A DNA stretch of 64,000 bases from a virus. Below the pieces are notes generated by a model that was not told the origin of the DNA, did not search any database, and saw nothing but the letters and a program-made list of their open reading frames with translations. The stretch covers positions 64,001-128,000 of IMG/VR virus record IMGVR_UViG_3300045988_177154, one strand, 5' to 3'. A program made the translations under genes and the position numbers. Of this stretch, positions 1 through 8,794 are shown piece by piece; the first letter of the stretch is position 1; every line of letters starts with the position of its first letter.

Positions 1-43
1 TGAAGCTTTTCCAATTTCAAATGAATACATTAACCCTAAGGAA

Positions 44-259
44 ATGGACTCATTAACTATCAAAAAGAAACAAATAAATAAGTTGAGGAGCTTATATCCA
101 TTAGCTAAAATTGTTTCCATTGATGATGATTTAAAGAAAACTGAAGTTAGTTCAGATTTTCATTTACAGCCTAAATCTGAATTAGGCTTAACACATGAAG
201 ATTTAGTTATTTTAACTAATAAAATTAAAAAATACTTAGAACATAGAAAGGTATATTAA
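44..259 (+). CDS. hypothetical protein (may be the 3' part of an ORF entering from upstream)
   Basis: ORF-track ORF. The same frame stays open back to nt 2, so the true start may lie outside the window. The next gene starts 3 nt after its stop. Confidence 0.4.
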   Translation: MDSLTIKKKQINKLRSLYPLAKIVSIDDDLKKTEVSSDFHLQPKSELGLTHEDLVILTNKIKKYLEHRKVY

Positions 260-261
260 AA

Positions 262-1278
262 ATGAATAATGAAGATGTACGGAAATTAGTAAGTTTCAAA
301 ACTGTAGAAAAGATTAAACCAATTGAAAATGCAGATGCTATTGAATTAGTTTGTTTCGGTGGTTGGCAAGTTGTAGTTAAAAAAGATGAATTTAAAGTAG
401 GAGATAAAGTTATTTATTTTGAAATTGATTCATTCTTGCCAAAAGGAGTAAAACAATTTTCTTTCTTAGTGGAAAAGAGCTCTAAAAAAGCATTAGACAC
501 AAAAGGTAATGAAGTAGTTGGTCATGTTTTGAAAACTATTCGACTTCGTGGAGCTATCTCACAAGGATTAGTTTTAAGCCCTAAAGATTTTGATAAAGAA
601 TTGAACACTCAAAAAGATTTAGAAGATTATTTTTACAATGAATTAGGAGTATTTAAATATGAAAAACCACTTCCATTAGACTCAGAAATTATCGGCAACT
701 ATCCTAATTTTACAACAAAAACTGACTCTGAACGAGTACAAAATCTTTCAGATGAAATCTTGCAAAAATTAGGAGAAAAATGTACTTGGATTGCAACAGA
801 AAAAGTTGATGGTACTTCTTCTACTTGGTGGAAAGATGAAAAGGGAATCATTCATGCGGCTTCTCGTAATTATGAAATTGCAATTGTTAAAGGAGCTGTT
901 CATTATGAATTGATTAAAAAATACAAATTAGATGAAATCTTAAAACCAAATGAAATCATTAAAGGTGAAATTGTTGGGGAAGGTATTCAAAAGAACCCAC
1001 TAAAAATTCAAGGTAAAAAATTGCTTATTTTTGAGTGGGAAAGTCCTAATCGTGATTTACCAAAAGAATTGGAAGATTTAAAGGTTAAGGAATATGACTT
1101 ACCATTTCCTAAAACAGTTGAAGAAGCTGTTGCTCAAGTATACGGTTTGAAATCTCTAGTTAATCCAAATGTACAAGCAGAGGGTATTGTTTGGTGGAAC
1201 AAAGAACATGAGCTTTTTGAAGAATTAGACTTCCGTCCTAATTTCAAAGCTATTAACAACAAATATTTATTAAAATAA
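262..1278 (+). CDS. ATP-dependent RNA ligase, DraRnl/DRB0094-like (Rnl5-type)
   Basis: 338 aa. Nucleotidyltransferase motif I ATEKVDGTS (KxDG). N-terminal OB-like segment KIKPIENADAIELV..GWQVVVKK, typical of this family as I recall it. Confidence 0.75.
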   Translation: MNNEDVRKLVSFKTVEKIKPIENADAIELVCFGGWQVVVKKDEFKVGDKVIYFEIDSFLPKGVKQFSFLVEKSSKKALDTKGNEVVGHVLKTIRLRGAISQGLVLSPKDFDKELNTQKDLEDYFYNELGVFKYEKPLPLDSEIIGNYPNFTTKTDSERVQNLSDEILQKLGEKCTWIATEKVDGTSSTWWKDEKGIIHAASRNYEIAIVKGAVHYELIKKYKLDEILKPNEIIKGEIVGEGIQKNPLKIQGKKLLIFEWESPNRDLPKELEDLKVKEYDLPFPKTVEEAVAQVYGLKSLVNPNVQAEGIVWWNKEHELFEELDFRPNFKAINNKYLLK

Positions 1279-1282
1279 ATAA

Positions 1283-1310
1283 GGGCTCTATTCAGAGCTC
1301 TTATTTTTTT
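1283..1310 (+). terminator. rho-independent terminator
   Basis: Hairpin GGGCTCT-ATTC-AGAGCTC followed by TTATTTTTTT. Confidence 0.6.
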
Positions 1311-1328
1311 ATTTTTTTGCTAAAAATG

Positions 1329-1357
1329 TTGACAAAATAAAATTTTTGTTGTATCAT
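1329..1357 (+). promoter_or_regulatory. sigma70-like promoter
   Basis: TTGACA 1329-1334, 17-nt spacer, TATCAT 1352-1357. Confidence 0.5.
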
Positions 1358-1387
1358 ATAAATATAGAAATGAAAGAGGAAAAACTC

Positions 1388-1492
1388 ATGAAAAAATTTA
1401 TTAAAATTGCAGCTGTTACTATTGCAGTTATTGCTTGGATTACTTTATCAATTTTTGTATTTTTTGCTTTGATTGAAAATGGCTTAATTTAA
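1388..1492 (+). CDS. small hydrophobic protein (34 aa)
   Basis: ATG 1388 preceded by GAGGAAAA; translates MKKFIKIAAVTIAVIAWITLSIFVFFALIENGLI (one TM helix). Below the ORF-track cutoff. Confidence 0.4.
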   Translation: MKKFIKIAAVTIAVIAWITLSIFVFFALIENGLI

Positions 1493-1511
1493 AAGAATAG
1501 GAGAATTAACA

Positions 1512-1892
1512 ATGACAATTTTAACTGAGTTAAATGAATTAAAACAACAAGTACAAGCACAAGAAGAAAAACTTCAAGAACTTTATTCTAGTATTGATTA
1601 TGCTGATGATGAAGTTCAAGACTTTGTAATTTCTATGGTTGACAACATTTCACAAATAGAATGTTTCAAAGCTTTAGTTACTTTGGAAATCTTTACTTCA
1701 AGAAATGGCTTCCAACTCAAAGATTTAAAAGTTGGAACAAAAGTGAAAGATACTGAATCATCTAAAATTGAAGCAACTTATCTTTGTACAAATTGGATTT
1801 ATGAAAACAAAGAACGAAAAGACCGATTATGGATTGACATTTCAGAACAAGAAGTAGTTGGTATTTATTACGATTGTAAATATACTGATTAA
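1512..1892 (+). CDS. hypothetical protein
   Basis: 126-aa ORF with AGGAG RBS 7 nt upstream. Confidence 0.6.
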   Translation: MTILTELNELKQQVQAQEEKLQELYSSIDYADDEVQDFVISMVDNISQIECFKALVTLEIFTSRNGFQLKDLKVGTKVKDTESSKIEATYLCTNWIYENKERKDRLWIDISEQEVVGIYYDCKYTD

Positions 1893-1906
1893 AAAGGAGA
1901 ATTAAA

Positions 1907-2305
1907 ATGAGTTATATTGGTGAAAATTATGACAGCTGGGAATTAGCAAATCTAATGCAAAAGGAATTAGTAGGGCATAGAATTGTTGCTATGACTGAAG
2001 AAGTTATTAAACTAGATAATGGTGTTACTCTCAACATTCAACTTAACGAGGGCTGCGGAGGTTGCTCTTCAGGTTGGTCAGAACTTGATGTTGTAAATTT
2101 CGATAAGAAATATAGTGAAGCTGCCGTCATGAATGTAGTTTATGAAAGCTATTACACTGACAAAGAAAAGAATAAGAATTATAGTCAAGATGAATTTAAA
2201 ATCTTTATTTACTTGGTAAACAAAGAAGTAATCGAAATTGACGGTGATGAAGGTGTGGGTAATGGTTATTACGGCTCAGGTTTCTGGGTGTCAGTCACAC
2301 GATAA
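1907..2305 (+). CDS. hypothetical protein
   Basis: 132-aa ORF, AAGGAG RBS; contains a GCGGCSSGW motif. Confidence 0.6.
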   Translation: MSYIGENYDSWELANLMQKELVGHRIVAMTEEVIKLDNGVTLNIQLNEGCGGCSSGWSELDVVNFDKKYSEAAVMNVVYESYYTDKEKNKNYSQDEFKIFIYLVNKEVIEIDGDEGVGNGYYGSGFWVSVTR

Positions 2306-2332
2306 AAAGAACTTTTAAATAAGTTCTTTTTT
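2306..2332 (+). terminator. rho-independent terminator
   Basis: AAAGAACTT-TTAAAT-AAGTTCTTT followed by a T-run. Confidence 0.65.
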
Positions 2333-2431
2333 CTTAGCTTTAATTTGACTTCTCACTTATTTTTGTTATAATAGTTAAAAAGACTAGTAAAGAAATAAAA
2401 CGATATAGAAAAATAAAAAGGAGTTTTCCGA

Positions 2432-3571
2432 ATGCCAAAATTTCATATTGGAAAAAGGGGTAACACGGCTGCTTGCCACGCTAAAGGAAAATGCCCTCTT
2501 GGTGGTGACGAATCTCATGGAAAAACAAGAGAAGAAGTTCAAACTATCATAGATAGCTACTACGAAACAGAAGCAGCACTTAGACGACATCAAGAATTAC
2601 CCGAATCAACAAACGCTTTTGAAACTGCTGGAAGATTAAAAGCATATAAAGAAAAACAAGAATATCTAGCTCAACTAATCAATGGTATTGAAGAACGAAA
2701 TAGAAGTATTTTCTATTCTTCTTATGGAACTGCTGAACAAATTGAAGCTGCTATTGCAAGCAATCATGAAAGAATCGCTAATGAAAAAGCTTATCTAGCT
2801 AATAGAGAGATGGTTTTAGCTGATAGAGATGCTTACAAAGAAAAAGCATTAGCAGAAATTCAACAAAACAATCCTTTTGGTGAAAGATTAACTATTTCTC
2901 CAGCAGGTAAGCTATTTGTTAAAGACATTCAAAAAGACGAATGGTCAGCTTATAATAAGATTAAAGACAAACTAAAAGAGATTAAAGAAGAAGAACAAAA
3001 ATATATTGACGCTAGTTATGCTTATGCTCCAAAAGACAGACCATTCACTGATAATGAAATCAAAGAAATGCAAGAAGATTTAGAGAAGCTTAAACAACAA
3101 CCAGAGCGTTTTGACACTACTAAAGATAGAGAAGAATATGAAAAAGTAAGTACTGAAATTAAAAAATACGAACAGCTTCATAAAGAGCAATTATTTGAAG
3201 AACGTACTGGTCATAAACTTTCAGAATTAAACGCCATTCCTCGTACTGAAACTTCTGATAAAGTTAGAATTGATGAAAAAGGACATTTTACTAATGTTTA
3301 TGCAAAATCTGATGGTGAAGTTTACAAAGTATTAAAAACTGGCCATGAAGAAGGTGCATATGGTGGAATTGGAAGAAGTTACTTGGAAGTAGAAACACTT
3401 AATGGGGATAAAAAAGAATTAAGTATGACTACTACATGGAATTGGCGTATGACAAGAACTCATGACGCTTACAATTCATTACCACACATTTATACTGTTG
3501 ATGATAATAAAGGAACATTAACAAATGAACCAGTTCATTTCAGTAAAATTATGATTGATAGCTCAGATTAA
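2432..3571 (+). CDS. hypothetical protein (N-terminal Cys/His-rich KGKCPLGG segment)
   Basis: 379-aa ORF, AAGGAG RBS. The antisense ORF 2384-2593 is rejected. Confidence 0.65.
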   Translation: MPKFHIGKRGNTAACHAKGKCPLGGDESHGKTREEVQTIIDSYYETEAALRRHQELPESTNAFETAGRLKAYKEKQEYLAQLINGIEERNRSIFYSSYGTAEQIEAAIASNHERIANEKAYLANREMVLADRDAYKEKALAEIQQNNPFGERLTISPAGKLFVKDIQKDEWSAYNKIKDKLKEIKEEEQKYIDASYAYAPKDRPFTDNEIKEMQEDLEKLKQQPERFDTTKDREEYEKVSTEIKKYEQLHKEQLFEERTGHKLSELNAIPRTETSDKVRIDEKGHFTNVYAKSDGEVYKVLKTGHEEGAYGGIGRSYLEVETLNGDKKELSMTTTWNWRMTRTHDAYNSLPHIYTVDDNKGTLTNEPVHFSKIMIDSSD

Positions 3572-3596
3572 CAAAACAAAGAATGAGGTGTGATAT

Positions 3597-4364
3597 ATGC
3601 CATTTACTAAAAAAGCAAAAGAACAACTAAAAGAATTATCTTTAACTTCCGCTACTAAAAATCGTGTCAATCGTTATGAACGTAAAAAGAAAGGTAAGAT
3701 TAGAGATGTAAAGAAAGCTTTAGCTAATGGAAAATTGTGGCAAAGAGATAAAGTTCGCCAAGTAATAGGTAAAACTTATCCAATCCTATACAATTACCAT
3801 GAAAAAGAAAAACGCTTATTAGGTTATGTTGATAGCTTTGCTTCTAAAAAAGAATTGGAAGAAATCTTTGGTAAAGGTGTTTACACCGCTGAACGTTATA
3901 ATTGGGATGCTCATAATTGTGATTGGTTTTTAAGTGGAAAGCCATATGTTTCTGAATTAGATGACCGCTATATGGTTTATCAAGTATTGTATGTTTATAG
4001 ATGTAATGGTCGAAACTATTATGCTACCAAAGATTTAGATTTTGATTCTTTAGTGTTGACTGAAGAAAATATTGAAAAATACTCTAAACACTTCTTAAAT
4101 CCATTACCAACTAAAAAGAATAAAATTAGACAATGGGTTGATAATGAATCGCCATTTGATGAGTTACAAGAAATTGTTTCTAAAGAATATGATTTGTATG
4201 GTGGTATGTGGAAAGAAACAGAGGGTAGAGCTCATGTTCGTGATGAATTAAGAGAAATTGTTAGGGAAGCTAATTCTCATTTAGACGAAAACAAACTTGC
4301 TGAAAATACTCTCTTAGCTAATCCAAAAGATTATGATTATAGAAAATATACTTATATATGGTAA
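3597..4364 (+). CDS. hypothetical protein
   Basis: 255-aa ORF, GAGG RBS. Confidence 0.65.
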   Translation: MPFTKKAKEQLKELSLTSATKNRVNRYERKKKGKIRDVKKALANGKLWQRDKVRQVIGKTYPILYNYHEKEKRLLGYVDSFASKKELEEIFGKGVYTAERYNWDAHNCDWFLSGKPYVSELDDRYMVYQVLYVYRCNGRNYYATKDLDFDSLVLTEENIEKYSKHFLNPLPTKKNKIRQWVDNESPFDELQEIVSKEYDLYGGMWKETEGRAHVRDELREIVREANSHLDENKLAENTLLANPKDYDYRKYTYIW

Positions 4365-4370
4365 AAAATA

Positions 4371-4402
4371 AAAGAATTGCTTGAAAATAGCAATTCTTTT
4401 TT
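4371..4402 (+). terminator. rho-independent terminator
   Basis: AAAGAATTGC-loop-GCAATTCTTT followed by TTT. Confidence 0.65.
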
Positions 4403-4525
4403 AGCGTTAAAATAAGCGATTGTGAGCTGTTTTTATTAAAAGTCGATACATTTATCGAAAATCAGTTTTGACTGTTTTAGCATTAACTATATGACGATAT
4501 AGCGATGTTCAAAATCAGTTTTAGG
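4403..4525 (+). repeat. R element copy 1 (~110-bp intergenic repeat)
   Basis: Core TCGATACATTTATCGAAAATCAGTTTTGACTGTTTTAG...TATATGACGATATAGCGA...TTCAAAATCAGT. Aligns with the copies at 18782, 27154, 41281 and, reverse-complemented, 49416 and 54841. Confidence 0.8.
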
Positions 4526-4564
4526 TATTGGAATGAGTTGTATTTTTGCTTTTCTTCTTTGATA

Positions 4565-4593
4565 TTGACAAACTTTAAAATTTTTTATATAAT
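4565..4593 (+). promoter_or_regulatory. sigma70-like promoter
   Basis: TTGACA 4565-4570, 17 nt, TATAAT 4588-4593, inside a TATATAATATAA motif. Confidence 0.6.
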
Positions 4594-4629
4594 ATAAATA
4601 ACTAAACAAGTAAGAAAGAGAGAAACAAA

Positions 4630-5622
4630 GTGATTATTGAGGGGTATTTGTTTTCTGAAAAAGCAAGAATGATAAACAATATTTATTATGGTATTGTTGA
4701 ATATGATAACAGTAATTGCATTTATTACAATATTACTGATTATGATTTTGCTCTACTGAAATTAAACACTTTTGTGTATAAAGTAGAAGTTGATTCAAAT
4801 GATGTTTATTCTTTAACACCAAGCCATGTTTCGGCCATTAAATACCGAGTAAAAGAAGAAATAAATTTTAATGAATGGATTAAAGCTGCTCAATTTACTG
4901 AAGATGAATTTGGTCAAGATAAAATTGAATGGGATTCAATTATTGATGGTTCTATGGTAAGTGATGAAGTTTTAAGTATCTATAATAAAATTATGCGCTG
5001 TCAACCATGGTCGTTATCATTTGCTCAAATCATAAAACTTCATGCAATCTTAAATCAAAAGACATATGAGCTTCCAATCTTAAAACTACTAATGTGGAAT
5101 AAGGAATATGCTAGAGTTTATGAATTTTATCATAGAAAATATGAAATAGATTATAATGTGTATATTGTTGTAAGAGAGGAGTTTGTAGAACGTGAAGCTC
5201 TATATGGGTCAAAAATTTTTGAAAGTATAAACAGTAAAGATAATAGTATTCAATTTCCAAATATTTTTTACTTGATAGAAACAAGGAAATTTACTCAAAA
5301 TGAATTTGAAGTATGTTGGCTGAAAAATATCTGTCGCCTAAGTGATGAAAATAAAAGAACCTATATTAGAGCTGCTTTGATAGCAAATTACAACATAACA
5401 CCTTTACATAGAGATATATATCCAGTTGCTCTTATGCTTAAATATCCGGAATTAGCAACAAAATTAACTCGTAACAATATTGGTGACCCTAGTTGCATTT
5501 CAAGACTACTTATGCTTGGATATAAAATAAAAGGAAAAGATTATAAAGGAAAATATATTTCTATTTTAAATGCTAGAAAAATCATGAAAAATGATGAATA
5601 TAAATTTATAGAAATTGATTGA
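4630..5622 (+). CDS. paralog family A protein (A1)
   Basis: 330 aa, GTG start. Shares FVYKVEVDSNDVY, KLHAILNQKTYELP, YGSKIFE, RKFTQNEFEVC, GYKIKGKDY and YKFIE with the ORFs at 12789, 14748, 15760, 16758 and 17798. Confidence 0.7.
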   Translation: MIIEGYLFSEKARMINNIYYGIVEYDNSNCIYYNITDYDFALLKLNTFVYKVEVDSNDVYSLTPSHVSAIKYRVKEEINFNEWIKAAQFTEDEFGQDKIEWDSIIDGSMVSDEVLSIYNKIMRCQPWSLSFAQIIKLHAILNQKTYELPILKLLMWNKEYARVYEFYHRKYEIDYNVYIVVREEFVEREALYGSKIFESINSKDNSIQFPNIFYLIETRKFTQNEFEVCWLKNICRLSDENKRTYIRAALIANYNITPLHRDIYPVALMLKYPELATKLTRNNIGDPSCISRLLMLGYKIKGKDYKGKYISILNARKIMKNDEYKFIEID

Positions 5623-5625
5623 ATA

Positions 5626-5658
5626 AAAAGCTATCAAATATTCTTTGATAGCTTTTTT
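5626..5658. terminator. bidirectional terminator between convergent genes
   Basis: AAAAGCTATCAAA-TATTC-TTTGATAGCTTTT with A/T runs on both sides. Confidence 0.65.
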
Positions 5659-6187
5659 ATCTTAGTTCATCTGGGTGAATATGAATAATTTTCTTATTTT
5701 TGGATAAGCCATATTTTACAGCATTAGCAGTTCCACCAGTCTTATCACCATTATAAACAGCAATTAAAACTTCACATGGCTCAATCATGCCCCAGTTTCT
5801 AGCATTAAGAATATAACCAATACTCTTGCCTGGTTTTTTTTCCTCATAAGTAACTACTTCATCAGCATATTCCATAAGTTTGAGCCATATCTTTTTACTA
5901 TTGCTATTAGGCGGCCATTTTCTCCATTGTTCCATATTAGGAACATCAGCAATAAACTTAACTCTATCGGGAAATTGCTTTTTATTATCAACAATAACTT
6001 TGGCCCAAATCGTGTCAGCACCTAATGCCATACCAGAGTGCAATTCAAGACAATCATATCTAGTAAGAGCTTGTTTAACTATATTATCTAATTTTTTATA
6101 AAGTCTTTTATAAAAAATATTATTGTAATCATAACCGGCTAATTTAGGTGGTCTATGTCCTGTAAGTGCTATTGCAAGTTTTTTCAT
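5657..6187 (-). CDS. SLOG-superfamily protein (YpsA/DUF1273-like)
   Basis: Start moved to the internal ATG at 6187 (AAGGAG RBS). MKKLAIALTGHRPPKL...SGMALGADTIWAKV...GGTANAVKY resembles the GHRP / GxALGxD SLOG Rossmann motifs. Confidence 0.6.
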   Translation of the reverse strand: MKKLAIALTGHRPPKLAGYDYNNIFYKRLYKKLDNIVKQALTRYDCLELHSGMALGADTIWAKVIVDNKKQFPDRVKFIADVPNMEQWRKWPPNSNSKKIWLKLMEYADEVVTYEEKKPGKSIGYILNARNWGMIEPCEVLIAVYNGDKTGGTANAVKYGLSKNKKIIHIHPDELR

Positions 6188-6209
6188 TCTATACAATCTC
6201 CTTGAATTT

Positions 6210-6956
6210 CTATATAACTTCATTTTCTGAAATAGATAGAAGTTCAGCATATTCATCTGTAATCTTTATATTCATTTGAAATTGCTTTACGCCATACTTT
6301 TTAGCAATTTTTAAATCTTTTACAAAATCTTTATATATTGGATTGTTTACAGGCGGTTTAAATTTAGGAGCATTATATTGAAACACTGTTAAGACAATTG
6401 CTTTGGAATTGTGTGCTTTTACTTCATTAGTTAATTCTTTAATATGTTTTTGAAGTCTTTCAATTGATGGTTCTTGTTCTTTCATCAATTGTTTGAGTTG
6501 TTCAGACGCTTCAGCATAGTATTCTGCTACCATTGTTTTGACTTCTATATAACCATCACTTGATTTAAAATCAATTCTACTTTTTCCAAGTTTCTTTTCT
6601 CTCGTAATTGGGGCTTTAATGCCTAAAATATTTTGAATTGCTTCATCTTGTAAGAAATAATTAACAAATTTATTAGATTTAACTTGATTGATGCCAGCAT
6701 AAGTTAGACCATTATCCAAGCTTATTGCTTCAACAGTATATCTTGTTCGTCTATTTGGATTTTCTCCATTATCGCTCATCAAGCATGGAATATTTTTAAA
6801 TTCTTTTCTTGGTATTCCAGCTATAGTACCGCCTGATGGGCAATGTGCTTCTACTTTTGTTCCATTCAAATTTACTATAAAAATAAATCTATTTATTCGT
6901 GACTCAATTGTTGCTTTTATAAGCGGTTTGTCAAAATAAAATCTTATATTTTCCAT
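6210..6956 (-). CDS. sfsA: SfsA-like PD-(D/E)xK nuclease
   Basis: 248 aa. RINRFIFIV..AHCPSGG, KSRIDF, YIEVKT and ERLQKHIKEL..AIVLTVFQ line up with E. coli SfsA motifs RYKRFLADV..LHCPNTG, RSRIDF, YIEVKS and ERGQKHLREL. Confidence 0.75.
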   Translation of the reverse strand: MENIRFYFDKPLIKATIESRINRFIFIVNLNGTKVEAHCPSGGTIAGIPRKEFKNIPCLMSDNGENPNRRTRYTVEAISLDNGLTYAGINQVKSNKFVNYFLQDEAIQNILGIKAPITREKKLGKSRIDFKSSDGYIEVKTMVAEYYAEASEQLKQLMKEQEPSIERLQKHIKELTNEVKAHNSKAIVLTVFQYNAPKFKPPVNNPIYKDFVKDLKIAKKYGVKQFQMNIKITDEYAELLSISENEVI

Positions 6957-6959
6957 TCT

Positions 6960-7165
6960 TTACCTCATTTCTACTTCGCAAATGAGCACTTCTTCACCAT
7001 CATCAAAATTAAAATCATCTTTATAGGGCAAGAATAAATAAGAATCTGTACTCTTATCGTAGTAGAATTGTGCTTTCATATTGAATAGGATAGTTAGTAA
7101 ATCCGTAATTTTTTGTTTCGATTCTTTTGGATTTTAAGTTCTGAATGATTAGTAATACCAATATT
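6960..7165 (-). pseudogene. truncated, frameshifted 3' copy of the small gene at 8795-9145
   Basis: The reverse complement aligns nt-for-nt with 8795-9001 (stop codon through NIGVTN...). There is a 1-nt deletion relative to the intact copy near 7095-7115. It begins exactly at the right end of the TnpB element. Confidence 0.65.
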
Positions 7166-7308
7166 GTTGCTTACATCTGTAACTTATTGTAATAATGAAT
7201 AAGTGAGTTGTAAGGTAATACCTCATGTAGAGGACGAACTCCTAATTCAACTTGAACCGTTGAATCAAGTACATTCGTTAGAAATGACACAATTTGACCA
7301 TTTCCTTT
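7166..7308 (-). ncRNA. predicted omega-RNA (reRNA) scaffold of TnpB element 1
   Basis: Overlaps the last ~137 nt of tnpB plus 5 nt. This exact interval is the part conserved (~80% by eye) in the non-coding stand-alone copy at 20353-20488. Confidence 0.55.
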
Positions 7309-8667
7309 AAGCTTATTTACTTTTTCCTTAATTTCTTTTTTATTTGATTTTGGTTTAACTCTTTTAGTCTTTGCCTTTTTTGGTAAAGATTTTTTGAGCT
7401 TAATATTAGTAGAACGAATCGCAATATTGATAGCAGCTAATAAATCTCTATCAATTTTACCAGTCGTAAATTCAATAGTTCTATCATTAACTACTCCTAT
7501 TTCTTTCGTTATTGGGTGCTCCTTACTAGTATTAAATGCAGAAACCTTTTTTACCTCAATTCCATACATAGTGGCTTTCTCTATAATTTTAGAATGAATT
7601 TGAGAATGATTCCATTTACCACCTTGTGAATTTAACCAAGATAAATCTTCAATATGAATTGTTTTACACTTCTGCTCTAATGCTAAATTTACAATTTCGT
7701 TTGACAAAAGCTTTGCTTGATAATCTTTTGTGTTAATAATTTTATTAGAAATATTTGAATAAAGATTTTTCCAAATTTCATATTTAGATTGATTTGTTAA
7801 CCTTAAAGCTTCATAAGATTTAAGTTTATCATATAAGATTTGTTTATTTTCATAAAGTTTATTGATTTTATATTCTGTTTCTTGGCTTCGTTTTGTGTTG
7901 ACAAATTCATTACTGAAATTACCTTTTCTATCAACAACAACAGAACTAAATAATTTAATTTTACCTATATCCACACCTAAGATTTTATCTTCTAACACAT
8001 AATCCCCCACTTCATATTCATAAGAGCAAATACCTATATATTGATTATCTCTTTTACGTTTAATAAATCTAGGCTTCGCAATTCTGCCTGTAAATCTTTC
8101 ATCTATACTACTTGGAAAGATTATTTCATATTCAATCCAATCTTTTTTGCTCACTTTTATTTCACAAATATTACCTTGTTTCATTCTGAATATTTGCTTT
8201 TCTGAAATAGTATAATCAAGATTGAATACAGCGCTTCGTGCTAATTCGGGTATGGAATTATTACGTTTAATATTGGCAATTCTACTTCTTGTTGGGTAAA
8301 GTTTTAATTTGTGTAATGAATTAAATAAATCTTCATTTATGTTAAAATCATTTTTAACTAATTGATTCCAAATGATGATTGCTTCTTGTTTTGACTTTAT
8401 TTCTCGTCTGATGTTTTCAAACAAGATATACGAGTGCCAGGTTTTATTATGCAACGGCCAGTCTTTTATTCGGAATTTAAGACTATCCCTCATATCCCTC
8501 CAAACATCGCCTCTGAGTTTAGATAAATCAATTTTATCCAAGAGAGCTCTTGTTTCATCATTAGAGAGAATAAAATTTAACTCATTTTGTAAGAAATCAT
8601 AAATAGGTATAAGTTCTGATGGCATATTTATATTAAAACTTTTCCAATGAACTTTTTTCTTTTTCAT
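7171..8667 (-). CDS. tnpB: TnpB-like RNA-guided nuclease (IS200/IS605 OrfB family), 498 aa
   Basis: RuvC-like motifs ILGVDIGKIK (D), KTIHIEDLSW (E) and DRDLLAAINIA (D). No CxxC zinc-finger cysteines between motifs II and III. No tnpA nearby. Own promoter TTGAAA-17-TATAAT upstream on the minus strand (~8705-8735). Confidence 0.85.
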   Translation of the reverse strand: MKKKKVHWKSFNINMPSELIPIYDFLQNELNFILSNDETRALLDKIDLSKLRGDVWRDMRDSLKFRIKDWPLHNKTWHSYILFENIRREIKSKQEAIIIWNQLVKNDFNINEDLFNSLHKLKLYPTRSRIANIKRNNSIPELARSAVFNLDYTISEKQIFRMKQGNICEIKVSKKDWIEYEIIFPSSIDERFTGRIAKPRFIKRKRDNQYIGICSYEYEVGDYVLEDKILGVDIGKIKLFSSVVVDRKGNFSNEFVNTKRSQETEYKINKLYENKQILYDKLKSYEALRLTNQSKYEIWKNLYSNISNKIINTKDYQAKLLSNEIVNLALEQKCKTIHIEDLSWLNSQGGKWNHSQIHSKIIEKATMYGIEVKKVSAFNTSKEHPITKEIGVVNDRTIEFTTGKIDRDLLAAINIAIRSTNIKLKKSLPKKAKTKRVKPKSNKKEIKEKVNKLKGNGQIVSFLTNVLDSTVQVELGVRPLHEVLPYNSLIHYYNKLQM

Positions 8668-8794
8668 TTTACTCCTTTTATGTTATTTATTGTTACTATT
8701 ATAACAAATCATCAGTTTATTTTCAATTAAAGTTAATCATAAAGTTATAATAATTTACAAGAAATATCTATAAAAATTATCTGCTTCTATTATT

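Larger units (their letters stand above)
7166..8794 (-). mobile_element. TnpB-only IS605-family element 1 (right end ~7166; left end unresolved, at or before 8794)
   Basis: The right end is defined by where homology with the solo copy (20488) and with the target-gene paralog stops. The left boundary is only bracketed by the stop codon of the intact gene at 8795. Confidence 0.5.

Noticed and set aside
2384-2593. Antisense or overlapping short ORFs (2384-2593, 5880-6101, 7394-7597, 8372-8602, 9078-9344, 11243-11434, 19487-19675, 19846-20052, 20551-20838, 21787-21990, 22080-22295, 22735-22923, 23366-23569, 26331-26558, 26890-27141, 29488-29721, 33223-33444, 38068-38367, 45243-45473, 46136-46342, 46323-46517, 52172-52357, 56565-56795, 57660-57911, 57850-58095, 59776-60018, 59861-60082, 61672-61878, 62644-62835, 62847-63050, 16364-16549)
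   Set aside because: All are embedded in, or antisense to, longer ORFs with RBSs and recognisable motifs or paralogs. None has its own RBS or conserved features.
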